From: Gammaproteobacteria bacterium
Lineage (GTDB): Bacteria; Pseudomonadota; Gammaproteobacteria; Tenderiales; Tenderiaceae
Direction of reading: 5' to 3'
Assembly (NCBI GenBank): GCA_024277755.1
Contig: JAJRUN010000126.1
Coordinates: 12 to 64,011 of the forward strand
DNA length: 64,000 bases
Made by a program: the position numbers and the translations under genes. The notes beneath the pieces are model-generated. The model saw only the letters and a list, made by a program, of their open reading frames with translations. It was not told the DNA's origin and ran no database searches. Below are positions 12,738 through 20,180 of this stretch, in pieces (the stretch's first letter is position 1; each line of letters begins with the position of its first letter).

Positions 12738-13589
12738 CTATTCAAAACGCTCCAAGCCCATTTCATCCAATCGCTGATAATCCTCGGTTTTGGCCACACC
12801 TATTTCTGTAATCGGCACCGCAGATAAAAGCTCACGCCCGACAGCATCCTGCCCCATCGCCAGCATCACATCCAAAAGCTGTTGCCGTATTTGATCAGAG
12901 ACCCGACGATGCACCACAACTGGGTGTGACGGAACCGAATCGGTTTTATAAATAACCTTTAATCGACCACGCAGTGCTTCAGACTGCTGGCTTAAGGTCT
13001 TCTGCACCCCGCCCCCGGCAACCACCTCAGCCAATGCCACATTTAGATATACTGAACTATGTGACAGCACAAAACGCGGTATCACCTCAACACCATAACG
13101 TTCATACAACTCTGCCCGTACCAGCAAAGTCGCCCCCAATGCCTTTGGCGCGGGAAAGGCAACCACTTGATTATTTAATCGTTCAACTGAATCAATCGAA
13201 CTATTGCCTGGCACCACAACAACACCATAAAGGTTTTGACTAACATCACGAACCAGCGGCTGATAACCCTGACGCATGCCAACCTTTACCACCTGGTATG
13301 GATTGATATAGGCTAAATCGTATTCACCCTGAATCAGGTCACGTTCAAACGCGGGAATAGTCGCCGCGCCGCGCAAAACAAATTTGATCCCGGTTCGTCT
13401 TTCCATTTCATCGAGGATCGGACGCCAGACAACCTGGATACGAGAGATATCAAATTGAGGCACCACCCCCACGGTTAACACCTTTAGGCCAGCCTCAGAC
13501 GCCGCAAACACAGGCACAACAAACATCGACACCAGGCATATTAATCCTGCGGCAATCAAAGAACGACGATAGGAAATTATTTTCCACAT
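12738..13589 (-). CDS. Periplasmic PhnD-like (phosphonate/phosphite-type) substrate-binding protein
   Basis: 283 aa with a signal peptide (LICLVSMFVVPVFAAS) and type 2 SBP-like sequence (LTVGVVPQFD...). It lies 10 nt upstream of the hybrid kinase, and no ABC permease or ATPase is nearby. Confidence 0.6.
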   Translation of the reverse strand: MWKIISYRRSLIAAGLICLVSMFVVPVFAASEAGLKVLTVGVVPQFDISRIQVVWRPILDEMERRTGIKFVLRGAATIPAFERDLIQGEYDLAYINPYQVVKVGMRQGYQPLVRDVSQNLYGVVVVPGNSSIDSVERLNNQVVAFPAPKALGATLLVRAELYERYGVEVIPRFVLSHSSVYLNVALAEVVAGGGVQKTLSQQSEALRGRLKVIYKTDSVPSHPVVVHRRVSDQIRQQLLDVMLAMGQDAVGRELLSAVPITEIGVAKTEDYQRLDEMGLERFE

Positions 13590-13756
13590 ACGACTTTATA
13601 CCTTACAAACCTTAGTTGAGCATTATCTTCGCATACACATCAAAAAGGGAAACACTTGATTACCTGAAAAACCCACTTGGGATATACTCAAGGCACATTC
13701 AGGGGTTTAATCTCAAAATTTAAGCCTCTCAACCAGAACTACCACACAACCTCAAA

Positions 13757-13987
13757 GTGCTCATGATATTTCGTCTACTCATCGCAATAGTTTTAATCGC
13801 CCTGGGCTTTTTCCTGATAAGACGCCTGCGCCTACACCTGCGTCAAGACAAAAAAAACAAACTCGAACAAAACAACCAGTACCAAGAAACCATCTGCTGC
13901 AAACAGTGCGGCTTACGCCTGCCCAAATCTGAGGCCATCGAAAAGAATGGCGTATTTTATTGCAGCGAAGAACACACAGAAAAATAA
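13757..13987 (+). CDS. Small membrane-anchored protein with C-terminal CxxC...CxxxH zinc-ribbon-like motif (resembles the PP0621-type small proteins found upstream of pilS-like kinases)
   Basis: 76 aa with one N-terminal TM helix, a basic linker, and CCKQCGLRLPKSEAIEKNGVFYCSEEH. The family name is from memory and was not searched. Confidence 0.55.
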   Translation: MLMIFRLLIAIVLIALGFFLIRRLRLHLRQDKKNKLEQNNQYQETICCKQCGLRLPKSEAIEKNGVFYCSEEHTEK

Positions 13988-14065
13988 ACCGCCCACAACT
14001 ACAACTCCCAACAAAACTACCGATACAAAATAGACAGCCCCACAAACTATTTTCTAACCTCGGTA

Positions 14066-15685
14066 GTGTTGATGCAAAACCCGGCAGTTGACATAAACAA
14101 TCCACCTTCGCGCCAAACCTGGCGACCACTACACCTGTTTAATCTCTATCGCCTGGTGATTGCCGGCTTATTTGCCGTCTTTGCCTTTTCTGACCTCAAC
14201 CTCAAATCATTTGGCGAATACAACCCCACACTATTTAAATGGATAGCTGCCCTCTATTTACTGGTCTGTCTGGCTAACGCCTTCACCATTCAGCTACGCA
14301 AACCCAGCTTTGCTGTCCAGATCCACACCCAGGTTATCATCGACATTATCGCCATCACCCTGTTCATGCACGCCAGTGGCGGGGTGCAAAGCGGCCTGGG
14401 CATGCTGATCATTGTCGCTGTCGCCAGCGGCAGCATCTTAATGGCCGGTCGAGCGGCCATGGTCTTTGCTGCCTTTGCCAGTCTGCTGATATTGATTGAA
14501 CATACTTTCACGCAGTTGAGCAACACATTAACCACCGCCGCCTACACCCAAACCGGCCTGCTTGGGGCTGCCTTTTTTGCCACCGCCTTGCTGGCCCATG
14601 TTCTGGCAAAACAAATCAAGGAAAGTGAAAACCTGGCGGCCAGGCGCGGCATTGACCTGGCTAACATGGAACAACTCACACGCTATATCATCCAGCAGAT
14701 GCAAACCGGCGTAGCCGTGATCGACAGCAAAGCCCGGTTATGGCAAATCAATGAATCCGCACAAAAGTTATTAAATATTTCACCCCCGGCACAAAAAACA
14801 CCGCTCACCGATATCTGCCCCGAGCTGGCATTTCAACAACGACTTTGGCAAAAAGATCCAACATCCCCCAGTCACCGCTTCAATCCCGCTAACAGCGACA
14901 CCGAAGTACTTCCCCACTTTGCCAGGCTGGGCGACGGCAATGACACCCTGATCTTTATCGAAGACACCGCCACCATGCGCCAACAGGCACAACAGCTCAA
15001 GCTCGCCTCACTCGGCCGCCTGGTCAGCAGTATTGCCCATGAAATCCGCAACCCACTCAGCGCCATCAGCCATGCCAACCAGCTTATGGCTGAATCAGAA
15101 AACCTCGGCCAACACGATATCCGTCTGACCGAAATCATCCACACCAACAGCCAGCGTATGAATGGCATCATCGAAAACATCCTGCAAATGGGACGACGTG
15201 ACCAGACCCTGATCGAAAAAATCCAACTCAAACCCTGGTTAGAAGAATTCATCGATGAATTTTGTCGCAGCCAACAGATTGCCGCTGAACTGATCGCCTT
15301 AACTGTCGAACCCGCCGATCTAAGCACCGAATTTGATAGCAGTCAGCTGCACCAGATACTCAGCAACCTGTGCCACAACGGTGTCCGCCACAGTCTGTCA
15401 CACTCAGGGGCAGCCTGCCTGACACTCAAAGCCAGCCACAAACAAGACAATCCAACCCCCTATCTCGACATCATCGACTGCGGCCCCGGCATTAGCGACG
15501 GCAATGCCGAACACCTGTTTGAGCCCTTTTTCACCACCGAAAAAACCGGCACCGGCCTCGGCCTCTATATTGCGAAAGAATTGTGTGAATGCAACCACGC
15601 TCATCTAAATTATTTTCCGGCCGACAATGGTGGCAGCTGTTTTCGCATCACCTTTGCCGACCCAAGACGACGGAGAACTAACTAG
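14066..15685 (+). CDS. pilS: PilS-type sensor histidine kinase
   Basis: 539 aa. Multi-TM N-terminal domain, PAS-like linker, H-box SIAHEIRNPLSAI, G2 box GTGLGLYIAKELCE. Its stop overlaps the pilR start. The ATG at 14072 is an alternative start. Confidence 0.8.
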   Translation: MLMQNPAVDINNPPSRQTWRPLHLFNLYRLVIAGLFAVFAFSDLNLKSFGEYNPTLFKWIAALYLLVCLANAFTIQLRKPSFAVQIHTQVIIDIIAITLFMHASGGVQSGLGMLIIVAVASGSILMAGRAAMVFAAFASLLILIEHTFTQLSNTLTTAAYTQTGLLGAAFFATALLAHVLAKQIKESENLAARRGIDLANMEQLTRYIIQQMQTGVAVIDSKARLWQINESAQKLLNISPPAQKTPLTDICPELAFQQRLWQKDPTSPSHRFNPANSDTEVLPHFARLGDGNDTLIFIEDTATMRQQAQQLKLASLGRLVSSIAHEIRNPLSAISHANQLMAESENLGQHDIRLTEIIHTNSQRMNGIIENILQMGRRDQTLIEKIQLKPWLEEFIDEFCRSQQIAAELIALTVEPADLSTEFDSSQLHQILSNLCHNGVRHSLSHSGAACLTLKASHKQDNPTPYLDIIDCGPGISDGNAEHLFEPFFTTEKTGTGLGLYIAKELCECNHAHLNYFPADNGGSCFRITFADPRRRRTN

Positions 15686-17046
15686 TGCCCGCGCCAATCA
15701 AAGCCAAAGCCATTGCCCTGGCCGTCGACGACGAAGCAGATATTCTCGAATTAATCGAGATAACCCTCGAACGCATGGACATTATTGTTCACACCGCCAC
15801 CACCATCAAAGCCGCAAAAAAACAGCTGGCCTGCCACGAATATGATCTATGCCTCACTGACATGCGTCTGCCCGATGGTGACGGCCTGATGTTGATCAAA
15901 CATATTCAACAACACCACAGCAACACCCCGGTTGCCATGATCACCGCCCATGGCAACATGGAGGCCGCCATCGCCGCCCTCAAATCCGGTGCCTATGACT
16001 TTGTCTCCAAACCCGTCGACTTGAAAGTGCTGCGCAACCTGGTGAACACCGCACTGAAACTGAAGCACAGCGCAGACAATCCGACTGAACGGCGCAGCCG
16101 CGACACCCTGCTTGGCGATTCCGAACAGATGCGCAAAATTCGCAACAAAATCGCCAAGCTCGCCCGCAGCCAGGCTCCCATCTATATAAGTGGCGCATCG
16201 GGCAGCGGCAAAGAGCTGGTGGCCCGCCTCATCCATGAAAAGGGGCCACGCGCAGATAGCCCCTTCATCCCCGTCAACTGTGGCGCCATCCCCGAGACCC
16301 TGATGGAAAGCGAATTCTTTGGTCACACAAAAGGCAGCTTCACCGGCGCCAACACAGACAAGGCCGGACTATTCCAGGCCGCCGACGGCGGTACCCTGTT
16401 TCTCGATGAGGTCGCTGACCTGCCGCTGCACATGCAGGTCAAGCTGCTGCGTTCGATCCAGGAAAAGTCCGTCCGCGCGGTGGGCGCCCAAACAGAAGCC
16501 CCCGTCGACGTGCGCATATTAAGCGCCACTCATAAAGACCTCAGCAAACTCGTGGATGAAGGCGAGTTCCGCCAGGATCTTTTCTACCGCATCAATGTCA
16601 TTGAGCTGAAAGTCCCCAGCCTGTGCCAGCGCCGTGACGATATTCCGCAACTGGCTGAATATTTTCTTACCAACATCGCCACCCAGGCCCGGCTGGACAA
16701 ACCCAAACTATCCAAACAGGCCTTGGCAGCATTGTGCAATTACAGCTTTCCCGGCAACGTTCGCGAACTGGAAAACACCCTCGAACGTGCCTTCACACTC
16801 TGTGAAGACGACATCATAGAGGAGGAAGACCTGCAGCTGCCGGCAATGATAAAAAACGATTCCACTGATGTTTCTAGCGTAACCGACACCGAACAGCCCC
16901 TCGACTCATATCTTGGCGAACAGGAAAAAGAAGCCATTCAACAGGCCCTGCAACAAAGCAAATACAACAAAACTGCTGCCGCCAAATTACTTGGCATCTC
17001 ATTTCGACAACTGCGCTATCGCCTGAAAAAGCTTGGCATTGACTAA
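15685..17046 (+). CDS. pilR: Sigma-54-dependent response regulator PilR
   Basis: 453 aa: REC domain, AAA+ domain (GASGSGKELVARLIH, ESEFFGH, KGSFTGA) and Fis-type HTH (AAAKLLGISFRQLRYRLKKLGI). It lies directly upstream of a sigma-54 promoter and pilA. Confidence 0.88.
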   Translation: MPAPIKAKAIALAVDDEADILELIEITLERMDIIVHTATTIKAAKKQLACHEYDLCLTDMRLPDGDGLMLIKHIQQHHSNTPVAMITAHGNMEAAIAALKSGAYDFVSKPVDLKVLRNLVNTALKLKHSADNPTERRSRDTLLGDSEQMRKIRNKIAKLARSQAPIYISGASGSGKELVARLIHEKGPRADSPFIPVNCGAIPETLMESEFFGHTKGSFTGANTDKAGLFQAADGGTLFLDEVADLPLHMQVKLLRSIQEKSVRAVGAQTEAPVDVRILSATHKDLSKLVDEGEFRQDLFYRINVIELKVPSLCQRRDDIPQLAEYFLTNIATQARLDKPKLSKQALAALCNYSFPGNVRELENTLERAFTLCEDDIIEEEDLQLPAMIKNDSTDVSSVTDTEQPLDSYLGEQEKEAIQQALQQSKYNKTAAAKLLGISFRQLRYRLKKLGID

Positions 17047-17060
17047 ACAGCCCTAAACAC

Positions 17061-17089
17061 GTCACAAAGTGACAAAAAGTGTCAGTCAC
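17061..17089 (+). promoter_or_regulatory. Candidate PilR enhancer (UAS): clustered GTCAC/GTGAC/GTGTC half-sites
   Basis: GTCAC-aaa-GTGAC-aaaaa-GTGTC-a-GTCAC, about 160-185 nt upstream of the -24/-12 element. The P. aeruginosa PilR site contains repeated (C/G)TGTC units. Confidence 0.45.
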
Positions 17090-17114
17090 ACACATATAAA
17101 CACCCCGTACAGCA

Positions 17115-17123
17115 CCCCCCCCC
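17115..17123 (+). repeat. C9 homopolymer between the putative enhancer and the sigma-54 promoter of pilA
   Basis: Counted directly (agca ccccccccc tcgg). Confidence 0.95.
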
Positions 17124-17245
17124 TCGGGCCAGACACAGACAATCCCCCTCTAAACCTTTTTTCAGCCCCAAAAAATGTGACATAATGCACATTCCACCAA
17201 GGAAGGACGGGCAAAAACACTTCAACACCCTCCTCTTCTGGCTTT

Positions 17246-17261
17246 TGGCACGGGACGTGCA
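17246..17261 (+). promoter_or_regulatory. Sigma-54 (-24/-12) promoter of pilA
   Basis: TGGCAC-gggac-GTGCA matches TGGCAC-N5-TTGCW with GG and GC correctly spaced. It lies 133 nt upstream of the pilA ATG and downstream of a sigma-54 activator gene. Confidence 0.8.
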
Positions 17262-17393
17262 ATACAACTACCGAGACAAAAAACTTCTCAGGACATTAAA
17301 GTCTGAAAACGACAGACCGATATGAATAGCGAAGGACATTTTGACTGGGTTCTTAACTGATAAACAAACTGCTTAGGCACGAGGAGAAACATC

Positions 17394-17849
17394 ATGAAAA
17401 AAGTACAACAAGGTTTTACACTGATTGAGCTGATGATCGTAGTAGCAATCATCGGTATTTTGGCAGCGGTAGCGATTCCTGCTTATCAGGATTATACGGT
17501 TAAGGCGAAGGTGAGCGAAGCAACCGGCATCTCTTCACCTGCCCGTACCGCCATTGGCCTGGCATGTAGTGAAGGCAATCTAAACGGCATAACTCACACT
17601 GGCTTGGGGCTTGGCACCAAAACAGACTACAGCGGCACCTATGTGACTAGCGTACTAGCTGCCGGCACCAGCGCTACAGCAGGGACTGTTACTGTCGACA
17701 TGAAAGCCATTGGTAGTTCTGTTGCTTCTGGCGATGATGTTGTCTACACAGCTGCTTGTGGTCCCGGTGGTGTTAAATGGACTATCACTGGCACAGGCAA
17801 ACTGGCTGCCTCTGGCGCTTCAAAAGGTAAATATCTGCCTAAGCAATAA
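17394..17849 (+). CDS. pilA: Type IVa major pilin
   Basis: 151 aa. Short leader MKKVQQG then [27 protein letters not shown] (prepilin peptidase site G|F, Glu5). AGGAGA Shine-Dalgarno sequence upstream. Confidence 0.93.
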   Translation: MKKVQQGFTLIELMIVVAIIGILAAVAIPAYQDYTVKAKVSEATGISSPARTAIGLACSEGNLNGITHTGLGLGTKTDYSGTYVTSVLAAGTSATAGTVTVDMKAIGSSVASGDDVVYTAACGPGGVKWTITGTGKLAASGASKGKYLPKQ

Positions 17850-17872
17850 GTTATCTAGCATAACAACAAATG

Positions 17873-17900
17873 AAGAGGAGGCCTTGGCCTCCTCTTTTCA
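17873..17900 (+). terminator. Rho-independent terminator after pilA
   Basis: Palindrome aagaggaggcc-tt-ggcctcctctt followed by a T-rich tail. Confidence 0.75.
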
Positions 17901-17940
17901 TTTCAAGACGCAATATACTACATAGCACCAAGGCACACAC

Positions 17941-19980
17941 GTGAACAGGCCCACCAAAAAACATCGCTACAGCCTACTAATCCTAATCATACTGACCTGT
18001 TTAGCCTACCTACCCGGACTTAGCAATTTTATGCTCTCCGACGATATCCCAAATATCGCCAACAACCACGCAATCCAAATAGAAACACTCGACAGTAATA
18101 GCCTATTAACAGCTGCTAGCGCCAATGACAGTGGCCCACTAAAACGCCCACTTTCAAGTCTCAGCTTTGGTTTAAACTACTACTACTCTGGCAAACAGCT
18201 AGATGCATCAGATTTCAAAATAACAAACCTGGCAATTCACATTATCAATGGGATTCTAATTTATATAATTGCCTTATATTTAATAAAAGCGCTAAACATT
18301 CCAGCAAGAATCACATTACCCGAAAAACCATTAGCCCTATTCATTGCAGCGGCATGGGCGCTTCACCCTATCCAACTAACAGCCGTGCTTTATATCGTGC
18401 AACGCATGGCCAGCATGTCAGCTCTATTTGCCCTTGCAGGCCTGCTAGTTTTTATTATTGGCAGAATACGTTTTACAGAAAAGAAACCCTACGCTGCAGC
18501 ACAAATGTATATCGGCATAGGACTAGGCACTCTCCTTGGCGCTTTATGCAAGGAAAATGCATTATTACTACCATATCTGGCACTCGTAATTGAGATAAGC
18601 ATTCTTAGCAACCTAAGCCTCACCAACCAAAAACAGAAAAAACAACTCACTATCTTCTACAGTCTAACTGCTGGCATCCCGGCAATACTGGCACTTTTAT
18701 TTCTCAGCATGAATCCTGGGATCATTTTTAATGGCTATTCATTTAGGGACTTTACGCTCAGCGAACGAGTAATGACAGAATCCCGAATACTGATGCTTTA
18801 TATTGTGCAGATATTATATCCAGCTATACAAAATTTAACGCTACATCACGACAACATAGAAATCAGCCGCAGCCTTCTACAACCTTGGACAACACTAGTA
18901 GCTTGCTTATCAATAATAGCCTCTGTGGTACTTTCACTACGATTCAGAAAAAAACAACCAATTCTCGCCTTTGCCATTTTATGGTTCTTGGCCGCACACG
19001 CAATGGAGTCAAGCATACTTCCATTAGTACTGATGTATGAACACCGAAACTACCTTGCAAGCTTTGGAATCATCTTTGCCGCTGGCTATTACATTTACAT
19101 TCTCATCAATCAGCTCAGCAACAAGCCACTCATAACAACCGGCACGCCAATCATGATAATTATATGCCTTACCGCGCTAACGCATGTACGTTCAAACATT
19201 TGGTCAAGCCCTGAGACACTGACCTACTTCGATGTGAAAAATCATCCAGATTCAGCTCAAGCCCACTCATCCAGAGCTAAACACCTCCTACAATCTCATG
19301 GAGATATACTAGAAATATACGAGCACCTCAGAGCCAGTTCGAAGCTGAACCCGTCTGACCCAACCTCTCTTATGACCATGCAGCAATTGCTCGCAGCCCT
19401 TAAATCACAGATCACAAACGGCGAATGGATCAACAATCCAACTACAAACCAACCCAGTAGCTATGATGACAAACCAATAATCAATAGCATTTATATTGAT
19501 AAGCTGGCCCAACACATCAATCAAGAAACAAATGCTCGACTAAAACATCAAAAAATATCTGCAGCTACTGCAATGGCATTAAAATCCAGCAGTGAATGCG
19601 CCGTAAAATCCCAAGCACCACAGTGTTTGGCAGTCATTAATGAAATCCAAGAATGGCTAGATAGCGCGTTACAGAACCAAAGCCTTCCAGGCAACCAAAG
19701 ACCTATTATTTACGCCGCACGCGCATGGATAAACGCGTACAAAGGGGATATTGACCTAGCCTATAATGACCTCGACGCAGCCTACCAGGAGCAACCACAA
19801 GAAGTTTACCTGCTCATTGAAAAGCTAACATTGCATATCACTCTGCAAGAACGAGAAAAAGCAGACTTATTGATCCAGAAAATAGAAAGCCACCCATCTC
19901 TATCTCTGCATCACATACGTACCCTTAAAAACATTAAGCACGCCTTAAATAAACCCCAAAAAAACATCATTGACCATTAA
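17941..19980 (+). CDS. GT-C-fold membrane glycosyltransferase with C-terminal TPR-like domain (PMT/TMTC/DUF1736-like), paralogue 1
   Basis: 679 aa. Multi-spanning N-terminal domain with an acidic first-loop motif LSDDIPNI and the blocks WALHPIQLTAVLYIVQRM and MYEHRNYLASFG. Soluble helical-repeat C-terminus. GTG start. Confidence 0.65.
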   Translation: MNRPTKKHRYSLLILIILTCLAYLPGLSNFMLSDDIPNIANNHAIQIETLDSNSLLTAASANDSGPLKRPLSSLSFGLNYYYSGKQLDASDFKITNLAIHIINGILIYIIALYLIKALNIPARITLPEKPLALFIAAAWALHPIQLTAVLYIVQRMASMSALFALAGLLVFIIGRIRFTEKKPYAAAQMYIGIGLGTLLGALCKENALLLPYLALVIEISILSNLSLTNQKQKKQLTIFYSLTAGIPAILALLFLSMNPGIIFNGYSFRDFTLSERVMTESRILMLYIVQILYPAIQNLTLHHDNIEISRSLLQPWTTLVACLSIIASVVLSLRFRKKQPILAFAILWFLAAHAMESSILPLVLMYEHRNYLASFGIIFAAGYYIYILINQLSNKPLITTGTPIMIIICLTALTHVRSNIWSSPETLTYFDVKNHPDSAQAHSSRAKHLLQSHGDILEIYEHLRASSKLNPSDPTSLMTMQQLLAALKSQITNGEWINNPTTNQPSSYDDKPIINSIYIDKLAQHINQETNARLKHQKISAATAMALKSSSECAVKSQAPQCLAVINEIQEWLDSALQNQSLPGNQRPIIYAARAWINAYKGDIDLAYNDLDAAYQEQPQEVYLLIEKLTLHITLQEREKADLLIQKIESHPSLSLHHIRTLKNIKHALNKPQKNIIDH

Positions 19981-20180
19981 TAATTTATAAAGGACTATTG
20001 TTAACAGCAGTAATAAAAAATATAGCCAGTTAAAAAAACAACATATAAATGCAGAGACAAACACCATTGGCAAAGAACAGCCAGATAACAGCATTTCAAT
20101 ATGTGACGCAGGTCAGCTCCAATATCACGCCCCCTATCTCATAAAAAAACTCACTGCCATCAAGCCCGGAACCACCGCGA

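Noticed and set aside
13779-14129. 116-aa minus-strand ORF overlapping the small Zn-ribbon gene
   Set aside because: The plus-strand ORF has a coherent TM helix plus Cys-motif organisation and the correct orientation with pilS. The minus frame is Cys/Arg/Phe-rich with no features.
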